From: Mobula hypostoma
Taxonomy: Eukaryota
Length of the DNA stretch: 64,000 bases
Reading direction: 5' to 3'
Assembly: GCF_963921235.1 (NCBI RefSeq)
Contig: NC_086107.1
Location: forward strand, 94,738,001 to 94,802,000
A program made the position numbers and the translations under genes. Positions 1 through 11,683 of the stretch are shown here, in pieces. The notes under the pieces are model-generated. The model worked only from the letters and a program-made list of their open reading frames with translations, had not been told where the DNA came from and did no database searches. Each line of letters starts with the position of its first letter. Position 1 is the stretch's first letter.

Positions 1-470
1 TCCACCCTGAGAGTGCCCTCCTCATGGCACAAGACAACACCATGGACCGCATGCCAGAATGAGAATTGGTATTAAAATGTTTGGCCACCAGGAAATTCCA
101 CTTTTGGCAGATGCAGCAAAGGTGCTCGACGAAACGGTTGGCCAAATTACGACAGGTCTCATCAATGTAGAGGAGGCCGCATTGGGAGCGCCAGACACAA
201 CAGGTGCCCCAGCAGATTTGCAGGTGAAGTGCTGCCTCACCTGGAAGGACTGCTTGGGACCCTGAATGGAGGTGAGGAAGGAGGTGAATGGGCAGATGCA
301 GCACTTTGGCTACTTGCAGGGATAGGCGTTGATAAGGATGAACAGACGCGGGAATCACAGAGGGAGCGATCCGTGCAGAAAGCAGAGAGGAGGAAGGAGG
401 CAAAGATATGTTTGATAGTAGGAGATAACAAGAGGAACTTTATCACTGTTGAGGTGGGAGGAAGATGGGG
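1..470 (-). mobile_element. Degenerate Penelope-like element fragment (GIY-YIG region)
   Basis: The minus strand encodes RQHFTCKS..., and the DNA resembles the reverse complement of the GIY-YIG region at ~2800-3250. Frameshifted. Confidence 0.75.
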
Positions 471-693
471 TGAGTGCAGGGACTCACTGCTTTATTCTCT
501 TTTTGCACTACTGCTGTATTGTTTTATATTTGTTTATTATGTTATTTTTTTCATGCATTGCACTTTACTGCCAGAAAACAAAATACTTCACAATTGTCAG
601 TGATAATAAAGCTGATTCTGATCAACATTTTAGTAATTTACACAGGCAAGACGGATTCCACCATGAAATTTGCTGGGGTAAATGCAAGCTCTG

Positions 694-699
694 AGTATT

Positions 700-734
<35 letters not shown>

Positions 735-767
735 GAGTATGGTCTACAAACTCAATAATAATAATAA
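694..767. repeat. (TAT)n / (AAT)n microsatellites
   Basis: Visible TAT run at ~694-733 and AAT run at ~754-767. Confidence 0.9.
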
Positions 768-1159
768 AAGTACAATGTTTCCAAAAAGACCATAAAAGCC
801 ATCAAGTAGAAAGAATCGCCAGAACCTTGCTTGGCTGGCAGTGAGGATCCTTCCCCATCAAATCCCTTCTGAAATGTCACTCCCAACCCTGTGCAAATGC
901 AATGATCATTCACTTCTTTGTGAACTGTGTTTTTGCCATGGTCTGCAAAAAAGATGGCAGCTGCATAAAGGACTCTGAGATCTAAAGGCTGTTCCCAGGG
1001 AGACAAGTACCGATCTGGTGAACAGAACACTTTGTTCTGCCCGAAACTTTGACCATTTCTATAGATGTGTGGTGGTGAGCATACTGACAGGCTGCATCAC
1101 AGACTGGTATAGAAACCAGACATCCCACCTCTCCCAGAAGTTCCGGGAGTCTCCCGCAT

Positions 1160-3708
1160 TTGAGGTAGAACGCTCTGTTCTCAGTAAGGGCCTCACCTTT
1201 GTCCCCGTTCGCCCACACCTCAGCAAGTTCCGTGTTCGCCATGATGCGGAACTTTTCTTCCGCCGTCTCCGTCTCCGAGCCTACTTCTTCGGCAAGGACT
1301 CTTCCACCCCCACCGATGACCCCCTCTCCCGTCTTCAACCCTCCTCTTCTTCATGGACACCCCGCTCTGGTCTTCTGCCTGCTCTGGATCTCTTTATCGC
1401 TAACTGCCGACGGGACATCAACCGTCTCGACTTCACCGCACCTTGTTCCCATTCCAACCTCACTCCTTCGGAACGCTCTGCTCTCCACTCCCTCTGCACT
1501 AATCCTAACCTTATTATTAAACCCGCCGATAAGGGGGGTGCTGTTGTAGTCTGGCGTACTGACCTCTACCTTGCCGAGGCACAGCGACAACTCGCGGATA
1601 CCTCCTCTTATTTACCCCTCGATCGTGACCCTACTAAGGAGCACCAGGCCATTGTCTCCCACACCATCACCGACTTTATCCGCTCAGGGGATCTCCCATC
1701 CACTGCTACCAACCTTATAGTTCTCACACCCCGCACTTCCCATTTCTACCTCCTACCCAAGATCCACAAACCTGCCTGTCCTGGCCGACCTATTGTCTCA
1801 GCTTGCTCCTGCCCCACCGAACTCGTTTCTGCATACCTCGACACAGTTTTATCACCTCTTGTTCAATCCCTTCCGACCTATGTTCATGACACTTCTCACG
1901 CTTTTAAACTTTTCGATGATTTTAAGTTCCCTGGCCCCCACCGCTTTACTTTCACCAAGGATGTCCAGTCCTTATATACTTCCATCCCCCATCAGGAAGG
2001 TCTCAAAGTTCTACGCTTCTTTTTGGATTCCAGACCTAATCAGTTCCCCTCTACCACCACTCTGCTCTGTCTAGCGGAATTAGTCCTTACTCTTAATAAT
2101 TTCTCCTTCGGCTCCTCCCACTTCCTCCAAACTAAAGGTGTAGCTAAGGGCACCCGTATGGGTCCTAGCTATGCCTGCCTTTTTGTTGGGTTTGTGGAAC
2201 AATCTATGTTCCGTGCCTTTTCTGGTATCTGTCCCCCACTTTTCCTTCGCTACATCGACGACTGCATTGGCACTGCTTCCTGCGCGCATGCAGAACTCGT
2301 TGACTTTATTAACTTTGCCTCCAACTTTCACCCTGCCCTCAAGTTTACCTGGTCCATTTCTGACACCTCCCTCCCCTTTCTAGATCTTTCTGTCTCTGTC
2401 TCTGGAGACAGCTTATCCACTGATGTCTACTATAAGCCTACTGACTCTCACAGCTATCTGGACTATTCCTCTTCTCACTCTGTCTCTTGCAAAAACGCCA
2501 TCCCCTTCTCGCAATTCCTCCGTCTCCGCCGCATCTGCTCTTAGGATGAGGCTTTTCATTCTAGGACGAGGGAGATGTCTTCCTTTTTTAAAGAAAGGGG
2601 CTTCCCTTCCTCCACTATCAACTCTGCTCTTAAACGCATCTCCCCCATTTCACTTACATCTGCTCTCACTCCATCCTCCCGCCACCCCACTAGGAATAGG
2701 GTTCCCCTGGTCCTCACCTACCACCCCACCAGCCTCCGGGTCCAACATATTATTCTCCGTAACTTCCGCCACCTCCAACAGGATCACACCACTAAGCACA
2801 TCTTTCCCTCCCCCCCCCACTCTGCATTCCGCAGGGATCGCTCCCTACGCAACTCCCTTGTCCATTCATCCCCCCCATCCCTCCCCACTGATCTCCCTCC
2901 TGGCACTTATCCGTGTAAGCGGAACAAGTGCTACACATGCCCTTACACTTCCTCCCTTACCACCATTCAGGGCCCCAAACAGTCCTTCCAGGTGAGGCAA
3001 CACTTCACCTGTGAGTCGACTGGGGTGATATACTGCGTCCGGTGCTCCCGATGTGGCCTTTTATATATTGGCGAGACCTGACGCAGACTGGGAGACCGCT
3101 TTGCTGAACATCTATGCTCTGTCCGCCGGAGAAAGCAGGATCTCCCAGTGGCCACACATTTTAATTCCACATCCCATTCCCATTCTGACATGTCTATCCA
3201 CGGCCTCCTCTACTGTAAAGATGAAGCCACACTCAGGTTGAAGGAACAACACCTTATATTCCGTCTGGGTAGCCTCCAACCTGATGGTATGAACATCGAC
3301 TTCTCTAACTTCCGCTAAGGCCCCAACTCCCCCTCGTACCCCATCTGTTACTTATTTTTATGCACACATTCTTTCTCTCACTCTCCTTTTTCTCCCTCTG
3401 TCCCTCTGAATATACCTCTTGCCCATCCTCTGGGTTCCCCCCCTTGTCTTTCTTCCCGGACCTCCTGTCCCATGATCCTCTCATATCCCTTTTGCCTATC
3501 ACCTGTCCAGCTCTTGGCTCTATCCCTCCCCCTCCTGTCTTCTCCTATCATTTTGGATCTCCCCCTCCCCCTCCAACTTTCAAATCCCTTACTCACTCTT
3601 CCTTCAGTTAGTCCTGACGAAGGGTCTCGGCCTGAAACGTCGACTGTACCTCTTCCTAGAGATGCTGCCTGGCCTGCTGCGTTCACCAGCAACTTTGATG
3701 TGTGTTGC
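1160..3708 (+). mobile_element. Penelope-like retroelement (RT + C-terminal GIY-YIG), 5'-truncated, two nonsense codons
   Basis: One frame from ~1160 to 3318 carries IIKPADKGG, FYLLPKIHK..PGRPIVS, DVQSLYT, GTRMGPSYA, LRYIDD, a CxxC linker, VIYCVRCSRCGLLYIGET and GMN. Stops are TAG 2542-2544 and TGA 3079-3081. A pyrimidine-rich 3' region ends in a hammerhead-bearing pLTR. Short GCAT duplication at the junctions. Confidence 0.93.
3610..3645 (+). ncRNA. Minimal type-I hammerhead ribozyme motif
   Basis: AGTC-CTGACGA-AGG(GTCTCGG)CCT-GAAA-CG-TC^GACT: complete core, stem I AGUC/GACU, palindromic ACGU stem III. Confidence 0.8.
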
Positions 3709-3822
3709 GCATATTGATAGTGGCTCCTTGGCGCCCGGAAACTATATACAATATCCTGGAAATAGATTTTTTTGGTTGCAAGAGGGAGAGCAGGCATCCT
3801 GATTGGTCTCTCTTCGTGCTAA

Positions 3823-4544
3823 GGGTGGTCCCCAACCACCGGGCCGTGAGGAAACAATATGATTTGGCGATATGAAACGATATGAGTCAGCTGCACCTTT
3901 CCTCATTCTCTGTCACGCACTGTTGAATTTTAACACAGGCGAGGTCATCAGTGACCCAAGACATTCAAAGGAATGGGTCTGTGACCCATTTGTGAATGTC
4001 CCCAGTGAATTATCCATATCAGCGCGGGAAAAAGATCAACTCCTCGAGCTTGCAAATGACGGTGGGCTGAAAAGTATGTTTGACATAACATCTCTGCCGG
4101 CATTCTGGATCAAAGTCAAGGCTGAATATCCTGAGATAGCCACGGAAGCACTGAAAACGTTGCTTCCATTTCCAACGTATCTCTGTGAAGCGGGGTTTTC
4201 TGCAATGAGTGCAACGAAAACTAAATTGCGGATTAGACTGGACATAAGGAACCCCCTTCGACTATCGCTGTCTCCCATCACCCCTCGATAGGACCGTGTT
4301 GTTGCAGGAAGACAAGCCCCGGGCTCCCACTGATTCAGCGATATTGGTGTGTTGCAATGATTTTATATGTTCATACGAGGAAAATATGCGCTCTGTGTTT
4401 AATATCCAAATGTTACTTAAAATGTTATGATGCGATTGACTTACCACCTATATTCTGGTTGTGATTAACACCCCCGCCCCTGGTCAGCCAGAATATTGTC
4501 AATATTAAACCAGTCTACTGTGCAAAAACGATTGCGGACCCCTG
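3823..4544 (+). mobile_element. hAT (Buster/Charlie-type) deletion derivative
   Basis: Encodes the transposase C-terminal dimerisation region (FWIKVKAEYPEIA..LLPFPTYLCEAGFS..KTKLR). Decayed TIRs GGTCCCCAACC / TTGCGGACCCCTG. Same family as 11684-12892. Confidence 0.8.
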
Positions 4545-5895
4545 CTAAGTAGACCTATCAGTTTTCTCTGTGGGCGGGCTTTACAGTCGACCTCAAAAAT
4601 AATGACAGTGATGCTCGCTGCACTGTTTGCAACAGTGACTTTTCTATTGCCCATGGTGGGTTAAAGTGTAAAGGACATGTTGAGGTGAGTTTAACAGGTG
4701 TCATTCATTCATTAGCATAGCTAACGTTATTTAAACTAGCTGGCTGGCTGCTAAGGAGCTACGCTATTGATGTCCTACGTGATGAGACCAAACTCCCTGT
4801 AGACTTGCTTAAAGTTGTAATAGAATAAACATGATAATATGAGTACATATTTTAATGTCACATTTTCTGCATATACCCAACTTGGTTTACAGATTAGACA
4901 AAATCACGAAACAAAGTATTACATACACCCTTGGAGGTCGACGAGGGCGGGGGGGGGGTAGATGGGGTTGCAGGGGGGCGGGGGTGCTACCTCCCTGAAA
5001 TGAGTTTCTGCAGGGTGGGATGTCTGTAGAAACACCAATGCCCTTGAATGGTAAACCCTACCAAAAGTGGTGGATATGGGCCAGTCCATCACCGGTAAAG
5101 CCCTTTCCACCACTGAGCACGTCTATATGAAGCACTGTCACAGAAAAGCAGCATCCATCGTCAGTGAACCTCGTCACCCATGACATGTTTTCTTCTCGTT
5201 GCTGTCCTTAGGAAGAAGATACAGGAGCCTCAGGTCCCACACCACCAGGTTCAAGAGCTTCAACCACCAGGCTCTTGAACTGGGGGAATAATTTCACTCA
5301 CCACATCGCTGAACCGTTCTCACAACCTAAGGCCTCACTTTCAAAGACTCTTCATCTCATGTTCCTGATATTTATTTATTATCTCCTTTTTTGTCTTTTT
5401 GCATTTGCACAACTTGTTGTCTTTTGCACAATGGTCGAACTCTCAAGCTGGTGCATTGATTCTCTTATGGTTATTGGATTTATTGAGTGTGCCTGCAAGA
5501 ACATGAATCTGAGGTTGTGTATGGTGACACATATGTTAATAAATTTACTTTGAACTTGTTACTATTCTGGTCTAAGAAAGCATTTTCCAGTGAGTGTCGC
5601 TGACCGGTACAGTCCAGGATGCAGGAGTACAGGTCGAGGGACACACTGAAGCTCGATGGAACCACCTTAAAGGCTCTACGCAGTAGGACCACAGCCAAAG
5701 CTCCTGCGTGAGCCTCTTAAGCACTTCATAGGTATAATGTTTAAGGGTGAAATGCAAGCTTCATTGCTGTATTGTAATATGCTGATTTGATGATATAAAG
5801 AATTAGTAAAGACATCCAATAATTACCATGTCTACAAGGACTGCTGCCACAAGGAAACAGCATCCATCTAGGACCAGCATCATCCAGGCCAAAAT

Positions 5896-6812
5896 AATAT
5901 AAGAACATAAGAAATAGGAGCAGGAGTAGGCCATCCGGCCCATTGAGCCTGCCCCACCATTCAATACGATCGTGGCTGATCTGTCCGTAAACTCAGCTCC
6001 ATCTACCCGCCTTTTCCCCATAACCCTTAATTCCCTTACTATGTAAAAATCTCAGCCGGCTGGTGGTGTAGTGGCATCAGCGCCGGACTTCGGAGCGAAG
6101 GCTCCCGAGTTCAAATCCAGCCGGCTCCCTTGCACACTTTCCATCTGTGCTGGGTTGACCGTCAAGCTAGCAACTCGGCCTTGCAAAAATAAGAAAGCCT
6201 GCTAAAAAAAAACTCCGTCATGACGGCGTCCCAATGACTCCACTTGGAGTTAAGAGCTTTCTTCTTCTTCATGTAAAAATCTCTCTAACTGTATCTTAAA
6301 TATATTTAGTGAAGAAGCCTCAACTACTTCCCTGGGCAGAGAATTCCACGCATTCACCACTCTCTGAGAAAAACAGTTTCTCCTCATCTCCGTCCTAAAT
6401 CCTCTCCATTGAATCTTGAGGCAATGTCCCCGAGTTCTAGTCTCACTTTCCTGCTGCACAACAGCATGCTGCAATCTTTCACTACTTAAATAATAATCTG
6501 CTCTGCTATTATTCCTTCCAAAGTGGATGATCTTGCATTTACCAACGTTGTATTCCATCTGCCAGACCCACTCACTAAACCTACCTATATCCCTCTGCAG
6601 ACTCTCCACATCCCCTGTACAATTTACTTTTCCACTTAGTTTAGTGTCATCAGCAAATTTTGCTGTGCTACACTCAGTCCCCTCTTCCAAATCATCAATG
6701 TAAATGGTAAACAGCTGCGGGCCCAGCATCGACCCCTGCGGCACCCCACTCACCACCGACTGCCAACCAGAGAAACACCCACTTATACCAACTCTCTGCC
6801 TTCTATTGGTTA
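5896..6812 (-). mobile_element. CR1 LINE 3' portion (RT), internally deleted and interrupted by a SINE
   Basis: RRQRVGISG..SGVPQGSMLGPQLFTIYIDDL..KFADDTKL..TRTRGH..FSQRVVNAWNSLP, followed by a CR1-type 3' UTR. Confidence 0.9.
6054..6270 (+). mobile_element. tRNA-derived SINE (tRNA-Arg(TCG)-like head) with (TTC)n tail
   Basis: A box TGGTGTAGTGG, GACTTCGGA anticodon-like arm, B box GAGTTCAAATCC. Perfect 13-bp TSD ATGTAAAAATCTC (6041-6053 / 6271-6283). Confidence 0.85.
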
Positions 6813-7685
6813 CTTTCTGATATCCCAAGGATGTAGCCTGGAAAACAAGCATGCCTTCAGGGTTCTGGAATTTTGTGGCTCTGGAGACGTGCCCCTGACT
6901 GAAGCATCAAGGGAGAACACGGAACATCAGCAGCAGCGGGTGAGATGCCAGGGGAGCTGCGCCTTTTGGGGGGCGACTCTCCGGGCGCAGAGTTCGAGAA
7001 AGGTGACGCAACAGACTTCTAACATTGTAAATCAGTGAGTTGTTTGTTATGTCTCCCCTCTGGCTATGAAATGGGAACACCTCAATTTCCCTTATTAGGG
7101 AGAGAAAGAGTCTATGGCATGTCGAATTACCGGGTGAATGAGTGATCTTTGAGGTACTGCAAGTCTGTTCCTCTATTGTTGCTTGTTGCATACTTGAGTG
7201 CTTGGTGGAGGGCGCTGATGCTTTTTTGCTGGTGGGGGCGGGGGTGGGTCGTTGCTTTGCTGCTGCTTGTGTGTGGGGGGGAGGCTTTGGGATTCTAACA
7301 TTTAACTGTCATTCACTTTTTGGGCACTCCCCTGTTTTCGTGGATGTTTGTGAAGAAAACGAATTTCAGGATGCATATTGTATTCATTTCCCTGACATTA
7401 AATGTACCTCTTGAACTATTGACTCACTTTCAAGGACTCTACAACATAAGTTCTCAGTATTACTTATTTACATTTTTTATTTGCATAGTCGTTGTCCGTC
7501 AGTCTTTGTTATTTATAGTTTTTCTTAAAATCTGTATTTTTATGTAAATGACAGTGAAAAAAATTAATCTCAAGGCAATAAAAGGTGACATATGTACTTT
7601 GATAATAAACTTACTCTGCAATCTGCCTCTGTGAATTAAGTATATTTTGCAAATTCAAAAATAAGAGTGTTATGGTTTTACCCAC

Positions 7686-7903
7686 CAAGGACTGCTGGCT
7701 GGCCTGTTGTGTAGCCTGTGGAACTCCCGTGGTGACCGTGGATACCAGGCTCGACTGTGCTGCTGCCGCAGTCATCATAGACGCTGTAGATGGGATGACT
7801 TTGGCCATACTGGCCACAGGGGTGGACGCTAATGTCTGCGAAGTAGCCTGGCTGAACATCGCTCCGACACCCGACACAGGGGGTATCTGGTTGACTGCAG
7901 GAA
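7686..7903 (-). CDS. MED25: MED25 coding exon 9 (low-complexity linker)
   Basis: Acceptor ccccacag. The phase-1 join gives F-PAVNQIPPVSGVGAMFSQ...QSSLVSTVTTG...QQSL, matching the FSQ and SLVSTV motifs of MED25. The donor GTGGGT gives phase 0; an alternative GTAAAA donor 4 nt further on is possible. Confidence 0.8.
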
Positions 7904-7956
7904 CTGTGGGGCAGCAAAGAGACAACCAACGGGTGAGCAGGGAATCCACTTCTACA

Positions 7957-8173
7957 AACTTGATCAAGTCTACAGGCGCTGAAAATCCAGGCAACACGTT
8001 CAAACTGCTGGAGGAACTCAGCAGACCAGGCAGCATCTGTAGGAAAGTGCAAACAGTCGATGTTTTGGGCCGAGATCCTTCATCAATTTGAAGAGTCTCA
8101 GCCCGAAATGTCGACCATTTGCACTTTTCCATAGACGCTGCCTAGCCTGCTGAGTTCCTCCGGCATTTTGTGT
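7957..8173. mobile_element. Fold-back (inverted) Penelope pLTR unit with degenerate hammerheads
   Basis: Inverted arms span ~8001-8170. Degenerate 15-bp TSD GAATCCACTTCTACA / GAATCTGCTTTTACA (12/15 match). Confidence 0.7.
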
Positions 8174-9269
8174 GAATCTGCTTTTACACTTTGTTTTGCC
8201 TGTGACACAGCAGCAAGAATATACTGTATCCCTAAAACAATTTTCTTCTCCTAAAGGCAACTAGAGTAAAATTCCATACACACTGGCTTCAAATACTTCT
8301 CCCATGGCCATACCTGGCTAAGGCTGAAGTGTGCAAGACATGGCTGTACACGTAATACTATCCAAGTAAAACTCTGTCACTTAACTAACCACTGTACTAA
8401 CTCTTCACAAAGCCTTCAAAAGACACTTATGAAACTGAAACGGCAATTGATTCTGCCACGTCGACCTTTCCCATCAAATGGCTTCAGCTTTGTGATTTCA
8501 TCCCAGTTACCAAACAGTGATTAAGAATTGCTTGATGATATTTCCTTGATTCCCAACTTTCCCCCTCCACTTATTTCAGGGTAGCGATGCCCTCACTGAA
8601 TGCAGACTCAATAGCATCTCCAAATCACAGGGTACAGGCTCGAATTACAACGTGCCCGTTAGATCAAGTGAACATTTTACACTTTACATCAGATATTGTA
8701 ATAGTACCATACTCCCTTTAAACCTATTGGAGCCCTGTTCCCTAGAAACTTAAATTCAGTGAGAAATTTGCTACTTTACTATACTGTGCAACATCTAAAA
8801 AACCAAGATGAAAGGCGAACTGTATTGTTAAGATAAAGATTAGCTTTATGTCACCTGTATATCGAAACAGTCAAATGTATCATTTTGAGTCAAATCAAAT
8901 CAGCGAAGGTGTGCTGTATCACCACACTTCCAGTGCAAACATAACATGCCCACAATTTGACTGTACGTCATTGGAATGTGGGAGGAAAATGGAGCACCCA
9001 CGTGGTTACAGGAGAACATACAGACAGTGGCAAGAATTGAACCCCAATCAGCGATCGCCTACGCTGTAAAGTGATTGCACTAACCACTATGTTACCATGC
9101 TGCCCCTAACATCCAGCAGTCGAGAACATCTGCCAGTTCGGCACCAAATCCCGATGGTGCCAGCTAAGTGAAGTTTTACTCTCCTGCTCTTGGGCTGACA
9201 GGAGAGTGCACAAAATCACACAGCCTAGTTTATGATCTAGTCACAGAATTTTCGGCGTTTTGCTCTTAC

Positions 9270-9378
9270 ATCGATTGGTTGATGGGACCACAGCTGCTTT
9301 CGCTTGATTGGTCGCTGTTTCCAAGGCAATCTGAGCTGCAGCCTGAGCACCAGCAAGGGAGCCTGATGCTGCGGGCCC
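9270..9378 (-). CDS. MED25: MED25 coding exon 8
   Basis: tctgcag|GPAASGSLAGAQAAAQIALETATNQAKAAVVPSTNR|gtaaga, 109 nt, phase 0 to 1. Resembles the [20 protein letters not shown] segment of MED25. Confidence 0.82.
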
Positions 9379-9577
9379 CTGCAGACAAGAGAGGAGTTAA
9401 AAGTGAGAGACGGATTCCACAATTAACACTGATGTAGTAAAACCCCAAAACTAATTTATAAACACAGATCCAGAGTAACAAATGCAGAATGAATAAACTG
9501 AGCAGGTCAGGCAGCAACCATGGAAAGGGAAAAGAGTCGACATTTTGGACCGAGACCCTTCATCAGGACTTCACATA

Positions 9578-10083
9578 ACTCAGTGGCCACTTTTTAAGGT
9601 ACAAGTGTGGAACCCAGTGTGGTCTCTGCTGTTGTAGCCTATCCACTTCAAGGTTCAATGTGCTGTGCATTCAGAGATGCTCTTCTGCACATCACTGTTC
9701 TATTGCATGGTTACCTGAGTCAGCTTGAACCAGTCTGGCCATTTTCTTCTGACCTTTCTCATAACAAGACATTTTCGCCTACAGAGCCACCGCTCACTGG
9801 ATGTGTTTTGTTTTTCTCTGTAAACTCTACAGACTGTTGTGCATGAAAATCCCAGGAGATCAGCAGTTTTTGAGATACTCAAACCACCCCACCTGGCACC
9901 AATAATAACTTCACAGTCAAAGTCATTTCGATCACACTTCTTCCCCATTCTGATGTTTGGTCTGAAGAACGACTGAACATCTTAACCCTAATGCATAAAA
10001 GGATGCAGACGAGTTACTGTCACCATTGGCTGATTAGATAACTGCATTAACAAGCAGGTGTACCTAATAAGTGGCCACTGAGT
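9578..10083 (-). mobile_element. Tc1/mariner non-autonomous element
   Basis: TIRs ACTCAGTGGCCACTT..AGGTAC flanked by TA. Residual N-terminal HTH MGKK.D..DFD...IIGARWGGLSISKTADLLGFS.TTV.RVYRE. Confidence 0.85.
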
Positions 10084-10589
10084 TAACCCCTCTTCTATAA
10101 GACATGGATTTGCAGCATCACGGTTCATAATGATTCTTAGTAAACAAATTAAACATTAAAATACAAGATTGTGCAAACCAATACGAGTTTACAACAGGAG
10201 CACTTTGTCAACATGGGGATCCAGTCACAATGATTTCAATGAGGAAACAGCTCACAGTTTTCTGGAGGTCTTTAACAGGACCAGATTTATTTATCACATG
10301 TACGTCAAAGCATAGGGTGAAATTCTGCTCATTTGTTTTATGGTTTAAAGGCAAGTCCTCCAGGGCACTGCAATGCTTTAGGACAGCACCTCTGCTGTTA
10401 CACTCGAAGCAAACCTCTCACCCTTGGCTGCAGAATGCTCCCTCAGCCTTAGTGTCTGCAAGGGGTAAAAAATCGTAGTGTCACCACCAGGCAGACTGTA
10501 CCACAGTGTCAGGGCAAGGACTGTTGGGCTGGATAACAGCTTCTTCTCCCGGGCAATGGGACTTCTGAACACCTCATACACATTATTTA

Positions 10590-10945
10590 TAGAATCACAG
10601 AAAACTACAGCACAGAAACAGGCCCTTTGACCATCTAGTCCGAAACCTTTCAAGCTGCCTACTCCCATCAACGTGTACCAGAACCATAGCCCTCCATACC
10701 CCTACCATCCATGTACCTACCCAAACTTTACTTAAATGTTGAAATCAAACTCGCATGCACCACTTGTTCTGGCAGCTCGTTCCACATTCTCACGATCCTC
10801 TGAGTGAAGAAGATTCCCCTCATATTCCCCTTAAAGTTTTCACCTTTCACCCTTAACCCATGCCCTCTTGTTGCAGTCCCACCCAACCTCAGTGGAAAAA
10901 GCCTGCTTGCATCTACGGTATCTGTACCCCTCAACTTTGAATACC
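10590..10945 (-). mobile_element. CR1 LINE 3' fragment
   Basis: TRGHGLRVKG..FFTQRIVRMWNELP followed by a 3' UTR. Confidence 0.8.
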
Positions 10946-11683
10946 TCAATCAAGCCTCCTTTGACAGCACCAGTAGCACTGTTGTGTACTTAACTATATG
11001 TTTTATATGAATTTTAAATCAACTTGTATATCTACAGAATACTTTCATTTTAATGTTATTGTGCTAATATTATTTTATGTGCTGTATGTGATATATGTAC
11101 TGCGTTTTTCACCTTGGTCCCAGAGAAACATTGTTTCATTTAGCTCCATACATGTACATGGTTGAATGACAGCAAACTTGAACTTAAATTTAAATCTGAA
11201 AGCCACATCATCATAATTTGCCCATGAATAGTTTTGATCTCAAATGACTGGGAAGAAATCCAGGGAAAAAAAATCATACTGCACAACAGTATCATTATCT
11301 ATTGTTTATGGTTTCTTAAGGCTGTCATAGCTGGAGGTGGTAATGGGGATGAGCTCCCACTGCCTATTAAATAAATGCTCCCAATGGTGTGTGCCTCAAT
11401 TAGCCTCTGACAACCAAATGCAGCTCCTGGCCTTTCCGTGTGGCTTAGCTATGAAGTCCGGTGCAACCATTTCGACTAACAGGAGAAGGAGCAAAGGCAG
11501 GTTATGGGCGCCTTAAAACCAGTCGCTTCGGGCAGATGGGGCTCATCAGCTGTGGTTGGCAGCTCATGTAGGAGAAGGAAAACTCTGATTTCAAACCTCC
11601 GCTGCCTTGCAGCTACACCCACTCATGGAGAAGGCTTCAGGAGTAAACCCTGAGGGAAAAATCCGGAGCTGGAGTCCCTAAGA

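Larger units (their letters stand above)
1116..5026 (+). mobile_element. Non-autonomous hAT-like DNA transposon hosting the Penelope and Buster insertions
   Basis: 13-bp TIRs CAGACATCCCACC (1116-1128) / GGTGGGATGTCTG (5014-5026), flanked by TAGAAAC on both sides. An internal BED-finger-like peptide, KNNDSDARCTVCNSDFSIAHGGLKCKGHVE (4595-4684), is followed by a GTGAGT donor. Confidence 0.7.
1035..5290 (+). mobile_element. Rex1/Babar-like LINE 3' fragment, split by later insertions (pieces ~1035-1115 and ~5027-5290)
   Basis: FYRCVVVSILTGCITDWY|NTNALEW..VVDMGQSITGKAL..KAASI..HP..FSLL..GRRYRSL joins across the insertion. The same motif occurs in other copies in the window. Confidence 0.65.

Noticed and set aside
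752..1030. Next MED25 exon (ACID domain start)
   Set aside because: No resemblance to the expected KLLAWSGVLEWQE segment; further exons must lie beyond the window start.
1018..1159. N-terminal extension of the 508-aa ORF as a novel Penelope domain
   Set aside because: It is a chance in-frame fusion of a Rex1/Babar fragment and the hAT TIR region upstream of the truncated Penelope 5' end.
3079..3081. In-frame TGA as selenocysteine or programmed readthrough
   Set aside because: It sits at a basic-residue position (GET*RRL), is explained by CGA>TGA CpG decay, and the copy also has a TAG stop.
6055..6128. Functional tRNA gene
   Set aside because: The anticodon and T arms pair poorly, and the sequence continues into a SINE body with a tail and TSD.
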